Shown here: one piece after another, positions 39,390 through 49,283 of the stretch
Layout: each line of letters opens with the position of its first letter
Numbering within the stretch: the stretch's first letter is position 1
Source: Planctomycetales bacterium
Lineage (GTDB): Bacteria; 4484-113
Length of the DNA stretch: 64,000 bases
NCBI GenBank assembly: GCA_037441675.1
Contig: JBBIRS010000001.1
Coordinates: forward strand, 320,001-384,000
Reading direction: 5' to 3'
The notes under the pieces: model-generated
Told to the model about the DNA's origin: nothing
The model's input: only the letters and a program-made list of their open reading frames with translations
Database searches by the model: none
Translations under genes and position numbers: made by a program

Positions 39390-42300
39390 ATGTCTGAGGA
39401 GGTTAAAGAATTTCCGGGAAATGGAAAAAGAAGGCTGACCTTTACCGAGGAGGAGAACCTTCGCCAGTATTTGGAGAAGGAGAGAATCGGAGTCTTTATC
39501 TGCCACTGTGGGACAAACATCGCGGGAACGATTGATATTGACGAAGTGGTGAATTACGCAAAGAGCCTACCGGGAGTCGCCTTTGCCGGCGACCACAAGT
39601 ATATGTGTTCTGATCCAGGACAGAACCTCATCAAGGAGAAGATCAAAGAGCTTGGGCTTACCCGCGTAGTTGTATCTTCCTGCTCACCGTTAATGCACGA
39701 GTTAACTTTCAGGCATGCAGTTGCGGATGCGGGGCTGAACGAGTTTCTCTTTCAGATGGCGAATATCCGCGAGCAGGTCAGCTGGGTGACCATTGACAAA
39801 AGAGCCGCGACAGAGAAGGCGAAAAGGCTTATTCGCGCTGCGGTTACTCGGGTTGTTTTTCACAAACCCCTTGAAGTTCGCAAAGTTCCCGTTAACCCAA
39901 ACACGCTTGTGGTAGGCGGTGGAATTGCGGGAATTGAATCTGCCCTCAAGCTCTCTGAAGGTGGTCACAAAGTTTACCTCGTGGAGAAGGAGCCAAGCAT
40001 TGGCGGGCATATGGCGAAGTTTGATAAGACCTTCCCGACGCTTGATTGCGCCGCCTGCATTCTCACTCCGAAGATGGTCTCTGTCGGCAGAAGCGAGAAC
40101 ATTGAGCTTCTGACCTACTCCGAGGTGGAGGAAGTTTCCGGTTACGTTGGCAACTTCAAAGTGAAGGTGCGGAAGAAGGCGAGGTACGTAAATCTGGAAA
40201 CCTGTACAGCCTGTCAGGATTGCGTTGCGGTATGTCCAGTTAGAGTGCCTGATGAATTTAATCAGGGAATGAGTGAGCGCACCGCCATTTACCGGCAGTT
40301 TGCGCAGGCAACTCCAAACAAGTTCCTAATAGACAAGAGAGGTCCTGCTCCTTGCAAGGTTGCCTGCCCAATAGAGCAGGACGTGCCGGGATATCTGGCA
40401 ATGATAGCTGAGGGTAAGTACAAAGAGGCGGTAGAGATAATCCGCAGAGCCAATCCACTTCCCGTCGTTTGCGCCTATGTCTGCTATCACCCCTGCGAGG
40501 AATGGTGCGAGAGAAAAAACGTGGATGAACCGCTTTCAATTCGCGAGTTAAAGCGCTTTGCGATGGATTGGGCAGTGAAGAACCACATAGAAATGGTCCC
40601 ACCCCCTCCTCTTGAGCGAAGGGATGAGAAAGTTGCGATAGTGGGAGCAGGCGCGGCAGGGCTTGCTTCCGCCTATGTTCTTGCCCAAAAGGGATACCAA
40701 GTTGAAGTGTACGAGGCTTCTTCCGTTATCGGAGGGATGATGGCTTTAGGGCTTCCTCCATACCGTATGCCAAGACAAATGCTAAAGCACGACATCAATT
40801 ACATTGAGAAGATGGGAGTAAAGTTCAATGTTAATCAAACTCTAGACAAAGACTTCACAATCGAAGACCTTAAGAACAGAGATTTTCAAGCGATCATTCT
40901 TGCAGTAGGAACTCATCGTGGCGCGCGATTGGGAGCTCCGGGTGAAGACTTACCGCAGGTAGAGCAGGGCCTGGACTTTCTCAAGAGAGTGAATCTTGGT
41001 GAACAGGTGAGGGTAGGCAAGAAGGTTTGCGTCATTGGTGGTGGGAACACTGCCATTGATGTGGCGAGGACAGCTTTAAGGCTTGGAGCGGAGGAGGTTA
41101 CTATCGTTTACAGAAGAAGCAAAGCGGAGATGCCTGCCAGCGGGGAGGAGTTTAGCGCGGCGGAAGAGGAGGGAGTGAAATTTGAGTATTTGACCTTGCC
41201 AATTGAATTTCTTGCCGATGAAAATGGAAGCTTGCGGGGAATGACTTGTGTGCGGATGGAGCTTGGTGAACCTGATGAGAGTGGTAGAAGAAGACCCATC
41301 CCTGTTAAAGGCTCCGAGTTCTTTATGGATGCGGACAACGTTTACCTCGCCATCGGCCTTGTTCCTGCCACCGATTACTTTGCGGGAAGCGAGGACATGA
41401 AGTTGGATAAATGGAACGCTCCAATCGTCCAAACTGGGAGTTGGGAGACAAGCATACCGGGTGTATTCGCAGCTGGAGACTTGGTCACTGGTCCTAGCAC
41501 CATTGTTAAGGCAATGCGCTGGGGCAAGCAGGTGGCAAATGCTGTGGATAAATTCATCAAGGGGCTAGATTACAGCTCAGAGGTAACGGACTTACCAGAC
41601 CCATCTGTGCTCAGGCGGAATGACTTTATAAATCCCAAGTGGAGAGCGGATTACAGTAATGTGCCGCATTTTAGAAGAAGCGAGATGCCAATGCTGGCGA
41701 TTACCGAACGGATAAGAAGTTGGGAATGCGTGGAGCTTGGCTTTTCTGAAGAAGTTGCGCGGGAGGAGGCGCGCAGGTGTCTACAATGCGGAGTTTGCGT
41801 GGAATGCTGGGAGTGCGTCAAAGCCTGCCAGCCTAAGGCGATTGACCATTTTGACAAGGATGAAGTCTTAGAGCTTGAAGTTGGTAATATCATCCTCGCC
41901 ACAGGCTTCAAAACCTTTGACGCGGGTAGAGCGAAGCAGTTCGGCTACGGACGCTATGATAACGTCCTCACCAGCCTTGACTTTGAGCGTCTCTCCCACT
42001 CAGGCGGACCAACTGGAGGCAGGATGGTCAAGTCCGATGGAACTCTCCCCAAAGCCATTGCCATCCTCCACTGCATTGGCTCCCGCGACCAGCACTACAA
42101 CGAGTACTGCTCCCGCGTCTGCTGTATGTACTCCTTAAAGATGGCTCACCTCATCAAGGAGAAAATCCCTGATTGTGAGGTTTACGAGCTTTACATTGAT
42201 ATGCGATGCTTCGGAAAGGGCTATGAAGAGTTCTACAACAGACTTCTTCACGAGAGAGTTCACTTCATTCGCGGAAAAGGCGCAGAGGTCAACGATTATC

Positions 42301-42947
42301 CGAGCCTTGACCCGACGCTTCGATTTGAGGGCAACGGCAAGAAGAGCGGAAAGCTCTTCGTCCGAGTTGAAGATACGCTTCTTGGCATACCTCGTGAAAT
42401 CCCCGTGGATATGGTCATTCTCTCCGTTGGGCTTGAATCCTCCGCAGACGCTGGCAAGCTTCAGCAAATATTCAAGCTATCCCGTAGCAAGGATGGTTTC
42501 TTCCTTGAAAAGCATCCCAAGCTTGCCCCAGTAAATACCGCAAGCGATGGCATTTTCATTGCGGGATGCGCGCAGGGACCGAAGGACATACCAGATAGCG
42601 TGGCGCAGGGTGCAGCAGCTTCCGCCTCTGTAATGGCGCTTATTAACACAGGCGAAGTCGTCCTTGAGCCGACGACTTCCCACATTGATGAGGAAATATG
42701 CACAGGTTGCAAGACCTGCATCACCGTTTGTCCCTATGACGCCATTTTCTTTGAAGAGGTGAAGAAGATTTCCGTAGTGAATGAGGCTCTTTGCAAGGGA
42801 TGCGGAACCTGCGTATCCGCCTGTCCAAGTGGCGCTGCTCGCCAGTGGGGCTTTGATGATATTCAAATAGAATCCGAGCTTTCCGCAATTCTCAAGGAGT
42901 ATAAGCGGGAACCTGAAGTCACCGCTAGCGGGGGTCAACGGATTTGA
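39390..42947 (+). CDS. hdrA: Large HdrA (HdrL-type) with inserted GltD/NfnB-like FAD/NAD(P)H module
   Basis: HdrA motifs 'GVFICHCG', 'GGGIAG', 'KTFPTLDC', 'HCIGSRD..CSRVCC', C-terminal 2x[4Fe-4S]; insert with 'PCKVACP..NPLPVVCAYVCYHPCE', 'GAGAAG', 'GGGNTAID', 'VYRRS'. Confidence 0.92.
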   Translation: MSEEVKEFPGNGKRRLTFTEEENLRQYLEKERIGVFICHCGTNIAGTIDIDEVVNYAKSLPGVAFAGDHKYMCSDPGQNLIKEKIKELGLTRVVVSSCSPLMHELTFRHAVADAGLNEFLFQMANIREQVSWVTIDKRAATEKAKRLIRAAVTRVVFHKPLEVRKVPVNPNTLVVGGGIAGIESALKLSEGGHKVYLVEKEPSIGGHMAKFDKTFPTLDCAACILTPKMVSVGRSENIELLTYSEVEEVSGYVGNFKVKVRKKARYVNLETCTACQDCVAVCPVRVPDEFNQGMSERTAIYRQFAQATPNKFLIDKRGPAPCKVACPIEQDVPGYLAMIAEGKYKEAVEIIRRANPLPVVCAYVCYHPCEEWCERKNVDEPLSIRELKRFAMDWAVKNHIEMVPPPPLERRDEKVAIVGAGAAGLASAYVLAQKGYQVEVYEASSVIGGMMALGLPPYRMPRQMLKHDINYIEKMGVKFNVNQTLDKDFTIEDLKNRDFQAIILAVGTHRGARLGAPGEDLPQVEQGLDFLKRVNLGEQVRVGKKVCVIGGGNTAIDVARTALRLGAEEVTIVYRRSKAEMPASGEEFSAAEEEGVKFEYLTLPIEFLADENGSLRGMTCVRMELGEPDESGRRRPIPVKGSEFFMDADNVYLAIGLVPATDYFAGSEDMKLDKWNAPIVQTGSWETSIPGVFAAGDLVTGPSTIVKAMRWGKQVANAVDKFIKGLDYSSEVTDLPDPSVLRRNDFINPKWRADYSNVPHFRRSEMPMLAITERIRSWECVELGFSEEVAREEARRCLQCGVCVECWECVKACQPKAIDHFDKDEVLELEVGNIILATGFKTFDAGRAKQFGYGRYDNVLTSLDFERLSHSGGPTGGRMVKSDGTLPKAIAILHCIGSRDQHYNEYCSRVCCMYSLKMAHLIKEKIPDCEVYELYIDMRCFGKGYEEFYNRLLHERVHFIRGKGAEVNDYPSLDPTLRFEGNGKKSGKLFVRVEDTLLGIPREIPVDMVILSVGLESSADAGKLQQIFKLSRSKDGFFLEKHPKLAPVNTASDGIFIAGCAQGPKDIPDSVAQGAAASASVMALINTGEVVLEPTTSHIDEEICTGCKTCITVCPYDAIFFEEVKKISVVNEALCKGCGTCVSACPSGAARQWGFDDIQIESELSAILKEYKREPEVTASGGQRI

Positions 42948-43002
42948 GATTTGATGATGCCCCGAATGATGCCCTCGGAATGATAATGGAAGGAGATGAA
43001 AA

Positions 43003-43482
43003 ATGGCTGAAGTAACAACGATTGATGCGACAACCAAGAAACCGATTGAAGTTTCAGGCAACGGCTTTGAGCCAAAGATTATCGGTTTTCTCTGTTGGTG
43101 GTGCGCCTATACGGGAGCAGACCTTGCTGGCACAGCTAGAATGAAATATCCGCCGAACGTTTCGGTGATCCGTGTGATGTGCAGTGGTCGCGTTGACCCA
43201 AGCTTCATCGTGAAGGCGCTTCGGGAAGGTGCGGACGGCGTTTTGGTTGCGGGCTGTCATCCCGGCGACTGCCACTATATCAACGGCAATATGAAAACTG
43301 CGGGCAGAATGCCGCTTCTTAAGCGAATGCTTGCCCAATTTGGCGTGGAGGACGAGCGCGTCCGACTTGAATGGATTAGCGCTTCAGAGGGAGACAAATT
43401 TGCTGAAGTTGTTAATGATATGACTGAAAAGATACGGAAGTTGGGTCCCCTGAACTTAAGTAAGAACCTTGAAGCCAAATAG
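43003..43482 (+). CDS. mvhD: Methyl-viologen-reducing hydrogenase delta subunit ([2Fe-2S])
   Basis: 'FLCWWCAY', 'RVMCSGRVD', 'GCHPGDCHY', 'EWISASEG'. Confidence 0.95.
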   Translation: MAEVTTIDATTKKPIEVSGNGFEPKIIGFLCWWCAYTGADLAGTARMKYPPNVSVIRVMCSGRVDPSFIVKALREGADGVLVAGCHPGDCHYINGNMKTAGRMPLLKRMLAQFGVEDERVRLEWISASEGDKFAEVVNDMTEKIRKLGPLNLSKNLEAK

Positions 43483-43518
43483 AAAACCAACTTGTCATTG
43501 GAAATAGGAGCTGATCTT

Positions 43519-44514
43519 ATGGAACAAGTTAAAGAAAAACTGAAGTTAGCCTTCTACTGGGCGGCATCTTGTGGCGGATGCGAAATTTCAGTTCTTGAAA
43601 TTGGCGAGAAGATTCTGGACGTGGTAGCGATTGCGGACGTTGTATTCTGGCCTTGCGTCGCTGACTTTAAGTATAAAGACGTGGAAATTTACCCTGACAA
43701 GTATATTGACGTTTGCTTTTTTAATGGCGCAATTCGCAACTCCGAAGCGGAGGAAATTGCGCACCTTCTAAGGAGAAAGTCCAAGGTTCTCGTTGCCTAC
43801 GGTTCATGCTCTTATCTGGGTGGAATTCCAGCCCTCGCCAATCTTTATTCAAAGGATGAAATTTTCCACCGAGCATACATTGAAAGTCAAAGCACGGATA
43901 ATCCAAAGCGCGTCTTGCCTCAACCCCACACAAAGGTGAACGGATACGACTTGGATCTTCCAGTTTTTTGGGAAACGGTAAGGAAGCTATCGGACGTGAT
44001 TTCTGTGGACTATTTCGTTCCCGGATGTCCACCAACGGAGAAGATGACCTGGGCGGGAATTGAGGCGATTGCCACTGGCGAGCTACCACCGCCGGGTAGC
44101 GTTATCGGTGCTGGGACAAAAGCTGTTTGCGACGAGTGCCCGTACGAGAAGAGGGAAACAAGGATAAAAGAGTTCAAGCGTCCGCATATTTTCCAGCCTA
44201 CGGATAACAAGCAATGTCTCCTAGAGCAGGGGCTAATCTGTATGGGACCCGCAACTAGAAGCGGTTGCGAAGCGCGATGTCTTCAGTGCGGAATGCCTTG
44301 CAGGGGATGTTACGGTCCCACACCCGAAATTTATGATCAGGGCGCAAAGATGCTTTCAGCGCTCGGAAGCCTCATTGATAGCGACGACGAGGAGGAAATC
44401 AATAGAATAATCGCGCAAGTTGAAGACCCCGCTGGGACTTTCTACCGATTCAGTCTGTCGCATTCATACATAGTTCGCAAGAATCTTCAGCATACCAAGA
44501 AGGAGGAATCCTAA
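43519..44514 (+). CDS. mvhG: Group 3c [NiFe]-hydrogenase small subunit
   Basis: 'SCGGC', 'YGSC', 'PGCPP', 'VCDECP', 'CLLEQG.ICMGP.TRSGC', 'PCRGC'. ATG at 43519 with AGGAG. Confidence 0.93.
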   Translation: MEQVKEKLKLAFYWAASCGGCEISVLEIGEKILDVVAIADVVFWPCVADFKYKDVEIYPDKYIDVCFFNGAIRNSEAEEIAHLLRRKSKVLVAYGSCSYLGGIPALANLYSKDEIFHRAYIESQSTDNPKRVLPQPHTKVNGYDLDLPVFWETVRKLSDVISVDYFVPGCPPTEKMTWAGIEAIATGELPPPGSVIGAGTKAVCDECPYEKRETRIKEFKRPHIFQPTDNKQCLLEQGLICMGPATRSGCEARCLQCGMPCRGCYGPTPEIYDQGAKMLSALGSLIDSDDEEEINRIIAQVEDPAGTFYRFSLSHSYIVRKNLQHTKKEES

Positions 44515-45990
44515 ATGGGCGAAAGAATAACCATCAATCCCGTAACAAGGCTTGAGGGTCACGGAAAGATTGAGATATTCCTTGACGACAAGGGAGCGGT
44601 GGAAAATTGCTTCTTTCAGGTGCCGGAGCTGAGGGGATTTGAAAAATTTGCGGAGGGGCGTCCCGTTGAGGAGATGCCTCGCATAACGTCAAGAATCTGC
44701 GGAGTTTGCCCGGAGGCGCATCTTGCCGCATCCGCGAAGGCTTGCGATGCGGTTTACGGCGTTGAGCTCACGTCCACCGCTAAAAAGCTCAGGGAACTTC
44801 AGTACTCCGCCTTTTATCTCGGGGATCATACGACGCACTTCTACGCTCTCGGCGGTCCTGACTTTGTGATGGGTCCTGACGCTGATCCATCGGTCAGAAA
44901 CATCATCGGCGTCATTCAAAAGGTTGGAGTTGAGATTGGCAGGGAAGTTATCAGAACACGCATAGAATGCCACGAGGTGGCGAAGATTCTTGGCGGAAAG
45001 CCCGTCATTCCCGTGAATATGATACCCGGCGGAATGAGCAAAGGCTTAACGAACAAAGAAGAGCATGCGCGTGTTCTTGAGATTGCCAAGCGAGGCGTGG
45101 AGTTTGCCAAGTTCACCCTCAAGGTATTTGACGATATCGTCCTTTCGAACAAAGCTTACGTTGACCTCATTCTCTCGGAGCCGTATCAGCTCAAGGTTCA
45201 CAATATGGGGCTTGTTGATGAAAACAATTATGTTAATTTCTACGACGGAAAGGTCAGGATTACCGATACAACGGGCAAGGAGATTGGCAAGTATGCGCCA
45301 TCGGAGTATCTCGATTACGTAGCGGAACACGTGGAGCCCTGGACATACCTCAAGTTTCCTTTCCTGAAGAAGATTGGGTGGAAAGGCTTTATTGAAGGGC
45401 AGGATTCAGGCGTGTATCGCGCGACGCCTCTATCACGATTAAACGCCGCGGATGGAATGGCTACCCCCCTTGCGCAGGAGCAGTATCTTAGGATGTATGA
45501 CACCATTGGGGGAAAGCCGGTGAATGCCACCTTGGCAACTCATTGGGCGAGAGTTATTGAGCTTGTTTATGCCGCTGAGAGGTTCCTGGAACTTGCGCAG
45601 GATGAAGAAATTACCGGCGCAAATTACAGAACCATTCCCACAAAGACGCCATCCGAGGGCGTCGGTATTGTTGAAGCGCCAAGGGGAACTCTCACCCATC
45701 ATTACATTACCGATGAAAAGGGAATAATCAAGAAGGCGAATTTAATCGTCGGCACCACGAACAACCATGCTGCCATTTGTATGTCAATAAAGAAGGCGGC
45801 GAGAGAAGTTATAAAGCCCGGCGTCAAGCCGACGGAGGCGATACTCAACCTCGTGGAAATGGCGTTTCGAGCTTACGACCCCTGTTACGCCTGCGCTACC
45901 CATAGCCTTCCTGGGCAGATGCCTCTTGAGGTCCGGATTTACGATAAAAACCGCAACCTCCTTGACCGCTTCAGCAGAATCCCCCTGTAG
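44515..45990 (+). CDS. mvhA: Group 3c [NiFe]-hydrogenase large subunit
   Basis: 'TRLEGH', L1 'RICGVC', 'EAPRG', L2 'DPCYACATH' followed by a C-terminal extension. Confidence 0.95.
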   Translation: MGERITINPVTRLEGHGKIEIFLDDKGAVENCFFQVPELRGFEKFAEGRPVEEMPRITSRICGVCPEAHLAASAKACDAVYGVELTSTAKKLRELQYSAFYLGDHTTHFYALGGPDFVMGPDADPSVRNIIGVIQKVGVEIGREVIRTRIECHEVAKILGGKPVIPVNMIPGGMSKGLTNKEEHARVLEIAKRGVEFAKFTLKVFDDIVLSNKAYVDLILSEPYQLKVHNMGLVDENNYVNFYDGKVRITDTTGKEIGKYAPSEYLDYVAEHVEPWTYLKFPFLKKIGWKGFIEGQDSGVYRATPLSRLNAADGMATPLAQEQYLRMYDTIGGKPVNATLATHWARVIELVYAAERFLELAQDEEITGANYRTIPTKTPSEGVGIVEAPRGTLTHHYITDEKGIIKKANLIVGTTNNHAAICMSIKKAAREVIKPGVKPTEAILNLVEMAFRAYDPCYACATHSLPGQMPLEVRIYDKNRNLLDRFSRIPL

Positions 45991-46101
45991 GGCTGGGACC
46001 TGTGCCTCGCAGTGTACCTTAGCATTCACCTTGGAACACGCCCGTCCTCGAGCGAGCCCCTCGACATCTTCCCCCTGCAAGGCGCAAGTCTTGCCCCCGC
46101 C
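45980..46101. repeat. Cluster of degenerate REP-like GC-rich palindromes
   Basis: TCCCCCTGYARGG at 45980 and 46070; CACGCCCGTCCTC at 46037 recurs exactly at 49953 inside a CACGCC/GGCGTG hairpin. Confidence 0.4.
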
Positions 46102-46359
46102 GTGTTCACCCCCGCCAAAACTCTCAGCGCATGAACGCCCTCAACACGCGGACAAGCTTTTTGCGCCTTTCAAAGTATTTCTTCAGAAGCGAGGGGACAC
46201 TACTCCTCAAGCTAAACAGCCCGAATAAAAGCCTTTCATAAATGCCCTTTCCCTCTTCCCAAGCGCCTTTCGATCTTATTACTGACCACCGTAATGAACA
46301 CAAAACTGATTCCCTTAAATTTTAGAATCTCAAGATTGATATAATCGGGACTTACACGG

Positions 46360-46761
46360 ATGTTTGGAATTGGGCAAGGCGAGCTTATTTTCATTATTCT
46401 TGTAGCCATAATCCTGCTTGGCCCCAAAAAGCTACCAGAGGCGACTAGAATGATTGCCCGTTTTTATCACCTTTTTCTGCGCTGGAAAGAGGAAATTCAA
46501 GCTCAGCTTACAGATATCAGGATGGAAATGGAACGACAAGTGATGGAGGTAGAGTCAGGGATTGGTGGGAAAATGTTTGGTTCAGAAAAAGCGCCAAAGA
46601 CAGATAGAGAATCCCTTGATGACTACCTCTCTTTACTTGAAGGAGAAAGCGGGGAAGGCAAATCACCGTACACCTACCAAGATTTTCTTTCCAATTCTGA
46701 AAACGTGGCAACAAACGAGCCGAACAAAGAGAATGGTTCCAACATAGACACAAGTGGCTAA
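46360..46761 (+). CDS. tatB: Twin-arginine translocase TatA/TatB-family subunit
   Basis: 'MFGIGQGEL..ILVAIILLGPKKLPE', amphipathic helix, long tail; upstream of tatC. Confidence 0.82.
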   Translation: MFGIGQGELIFIILVAIILLGPKKLPEATRMIARFYHLFLRWKEEIQAQLTDIRMEMERQVMEVESGIGGKMFGSEKAPKTDRESLDDYLSLLEGESGEGKSPYTYQDFLSNSENVATNEPNKENGSNIDTSG

Positions 46762-46779
46762 TGGTAATTAGTAACTAAA

Positions 46780-47511
46780 ATGCCCGAACGACGAATGACT
46801 TTTCTGGAGCATGTGGGTGAATTCAGAAACAGGCTAATTCGCTCAGTTATTTATTACATTCTTGCGGTGGGAGTAACCTTTTACTTTCGCGAACCTCTAT
46901 TTGAAATTCTTAGATACCCACTTCCAGAGGGGACAAAGCTATACTACTTCGGCGTGACTGAGGCGTTTTTCTTCTATATGAAACTTGCCTTAGTTTCAGG
47001 CTTAGTTCTATCTTCCCCGTTCATCTTGTATGAAATTTACGCCTTCTTCGCTCCAGCGTTAAGCCCCTCGGAGAAGAGACTAATCATTCCCGCAATTCCA
47101 ATAACAGCGCTTTTATTCATCGCTGGCGTAGCGTTTACCTTCTTAGTGATTATCCCGCTATCCGTTAAGTTTCTTCTATCCTTTGCAGGTTTAGGGCTGG
47201 AAAATATACTTCAGGTTGAAAAGTATTTCGGCTTTGTCATTGGATTTTCCATCGCCGGCGGACTCCTCTTTGAGACACCGGTTGTTCTGGCAATTCTTGC
47301 TAAGCTTGGCTGGGTGACCGCACGCGGTCTTTTGCGCAACTTCCGCTACGCGCTTATTATCATCCTCATTATCACTGCGATTCTTACCCCAACCCCTGAT
47401 GCCTTCACTATGCTTGTTCTCTCGGTTCCGTTGATTGTTCTGTACCTAGCAAGCATATTTATCGTAGTTAGGATAAAGCCGATAAGTCAAACCGATGACC
47501 AGTTCGAATAA
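46780..47511 (+). CDS. tatC: Twin-arginine translocase subunit TatC
   Basis: 'MTFLEHVGEFRNRL', 'FFAPAL...EK', 'FETP', 'AILTPTPD'. Confidence 0.96.
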   Translation: MPERRMTFLEHVGEFRNRLIRSVIYYILAVGVTFYFREPLFEILRYPLPEGTKLYYFGVTEAFFFYMKLALVSGLVLSSPFILYEIYAFFAPALSPSEKRLIIPAIPITALLFIAGVAFTFLVIIPLSVKFLLSFAGLGLENILQVEKYFGFVIGFSIAGGLLFETPVVLAILAKLGWVTARGLLRNFRYALIIILIITAILTPTPDAFTMLVLSVPLIVLYLASIFIVVRIKPISQTDDQFE

Positions 47512-47524
47512 GTCAAACCGATGA
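47482..47524. repeat. 17-bp direct repeat at the tatC 3' end
   Basis: ATAAGTCAAACCGATGA at 47482-47498 and 47508-47524. Confidence 0.85.
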
Positions 47525-47605
47525 GTAGTCTGCGAGAATTGGAAATTTCCGCTAAATGAGATGTGTATTCAGGTTTAGTGAAGATAAGAAAGTATCGCGC
47601 GATCA

Positions 47606-48715
47606 CTAGAACTGCCTTAGGAATCTCAGATCATTTTGGAAGAATAGGCGAATATCAGAAACCTGATACAAAAGCAAGGCTAATCTTTCAACGCCTATAC
47701 CAAAAGCCCAGCCGGAGTATACATCGGGGTCAATTCCAACGTTTCTAAGCACCTGTGGATGAACCATACCGCAACCTAGGACTTCAATCCATCCGCTCAT
47801 TTTGCACACCTTGCAGCCAAGCCCATCACAGAATGGGCATGACGCTGCGAGCTCCGCACCAGGCTCCACAAAGGGGAAGTAATCCGGTCGCAGTCTAGTC
47901 CGAGTTCTTTCGCCGAAGAACCGTCTCGCGAACTCATTCAGTATCCAGCGCATATTTGCCATGCTGATGCCTTTGCCAACCTGAAGCCCTTCCACTTGGT
48001 GGAAAATAGGAGTGTGCGTTGCGTCAGGTCTATCCCTTCTAAATGCTCTTCCCGGCGATATCATCTGAACTATAACTTCGCCTCTCTCCTTGATTCTCTC
48101 CATCACCCTTATCTGAACGGGCGAGGTGTGCGTTCTAAGCACGATACCCTCCGCCAGGTAAAAAGTATCAACGTCATCCCTCGCTGGGTGATATGGCGGT
48201 ATATTTAGCAGATCAAAATTGTACTTCTCATACTCAACTTCAGGTCCTTCATACACGTCAAAGCCCAAAGAGGAAAAAATATCAACAATTCTGTATAAAG
48301 CCTGCCTGGTGGGATTAAGCCTGCCACATATAACATCAACACCAGGAAGTGTAGGGTCTAGCACTTCCTCCGCAGGTTTAACCTGAGCAAGTCTAGCTTC
48401 AAGTTCTTGAAGAATTTCTTTCAATCTAGCTTCAATCAGTTTGACCTCAAGCCCCAATGCCCGCTTATCCTCCTTACTCTTTAGCTTTCCGATGCTATCG
48501 TAAAGGAGCGGAACAATCCCTCTCTTTCTCGAGAAAGATAAGTTGCGCCAGGTCTCTACTTCCTCTGCTCGTGGAAAATCTTCATTTATCAATGAAGCAA
48601 GTTGTGAGATATTGTTGATGAAGGAATTTATGCGTTCGTCTTCCTGGACTTCCTGTGGGATGAGAGGAATAACTCTCTCCAAGTATCCCTTTAACTCTTC
48701 AAGCTGGTGAGACAC
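47606..48715 (-). CDS. pheS: Phenylalanine--tRNA ligase alpha subunit
   Basis: 'NFDLLNIP..HPARD', 'LRTHTSPVQ', 'FHQVEG', 'YFPFVEP', 'AFGIGVERL'. Confidence 0.97.
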   Translation of the reverse strand: MSHQLEELKGYLERVIPLIPQEVQEDERINSFINNISQLASLINEDFPRAEEVETWRNLSFSRKRGIVPLLYDSIGKLKSKEDKRALGLEVKLIEARLKEILQELEARLAQVKPAEEVLDPTLPGVDVICGRLNPTRQALYRIVDIFSSLGFDVYEGPEVEYEKYNFDLLNIPPYHPARDDVDTFYLAEGIVLRTHTSPVQIRVMERIKERGEVIVQMISPGRAFRRDRPDATHTPIFHQVEGLQVGKGISMANMRWILNEFARRFFGERTRTRLRPDYFPFVEPGAELAASCPFCDGLGCKVCKMSGWIEVLGCGMVHPQVLRNVGIDPDVYSGWAFGIGVERLALLLYQVSDIRLFFQNDLRFLRQF

Positions 48716-48723
48716 TTTTATCC

Positions 48724-49083
48724 CTAATGATTATTAGCACCCTTGGCAAGTTCAATAAGTTTTGCAAATGCGTTCTCATCGGTAACCGCGAGGAAAGCGA
48801 GTTGTTTTCGGTCTAGCAGAATGCCAGCAGTCTTTAAGTTGTGCATAAACTCGGAGTAATTCAGTCCATACTTATGAACAATGGCAGATATTCGGGCTAT
48901 CCACAATCTTCTAAAGTCACGTTTTTTGGTGCGCCTATGAATGTAGGCGTACATACCCGCGTGCATTAAAGCTTCCTTGGCGGATTTGTAGAGTCTTCTC
49001 CTTGCGCCTCGATAACCGCGAACCGCAAGCATTATTCTCTTTCTGCGAGCGCGACTTGGCACGCTTCTTTTTACCCGTGTCAT
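48724..49083 (-). CDS. rplT: 50S ribosomal protein L20
   Basis: 'MTRVKR', 'GYRG', 'KRDFRRLWIARI', 'LDRKQLA'. Confidence 0.97.
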   Translation of the reverse strand: MTRVKRSVPSRARRKRIMLAVRGYRGARRRLYKSAKEALMHAGMYAYIHRRTKKRDFRRLWIARISAIVHKYGLNYSEFMHNLKTAGILLDRKQLAFLAVTDENAFAKLIELAKGANNH

Positions 49084-49283
49084 CTATCGCCTCCGATCAG
49101 TTTACTAACACGTTTTCTATCTACCGCGGAAATTTCCTCAAGTAAAGCTGACTTACGTTTTTCTTTGGCGGATTTGTGCGAGCGCAAATGGCGAGAGCCC
49201 ACGCGTCCGCGCAATAGCTTCCCGCCTTTGGTAACCTTTACCCGCTTAGCGGTTGCCTTATGCGTTTTCTGTTTTACTTTCAT
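49080..49283 (-). CDS. rpmI: 50S ribosomal protein L35
   Basis: 'KQKTHKATAKRVKVT..GK'; lies between infC and rplT. Confidence 0.93.
   Translation of the reverse strand: MKVKQKTHKATAKRVKVTKGGKLLRGRVGSRHLRSHKSAKEKRKSALLEEISAVDRKRVSKLIGGDR

Noticed and set aside
42954..42986. Short ATGATGCCC repeats between hdrA and mvhD
   Set aside because: Only two or three degenerate ~12-nt units; too short for CRISPR or a credible element.
37880..45990. Selenocysteine-containing Hdr/Mvh subunits
   Set aside because: All are open frames with Cys at the positions that can be Sec (MvhD GCHPGDC, MvhA DPCYAC).
39702..46228. Many antisense and alternative-frame ORFs across hdr/mvh
   Set aside because: Shadow ORFs of GC-richer coding sequence with no motifs.
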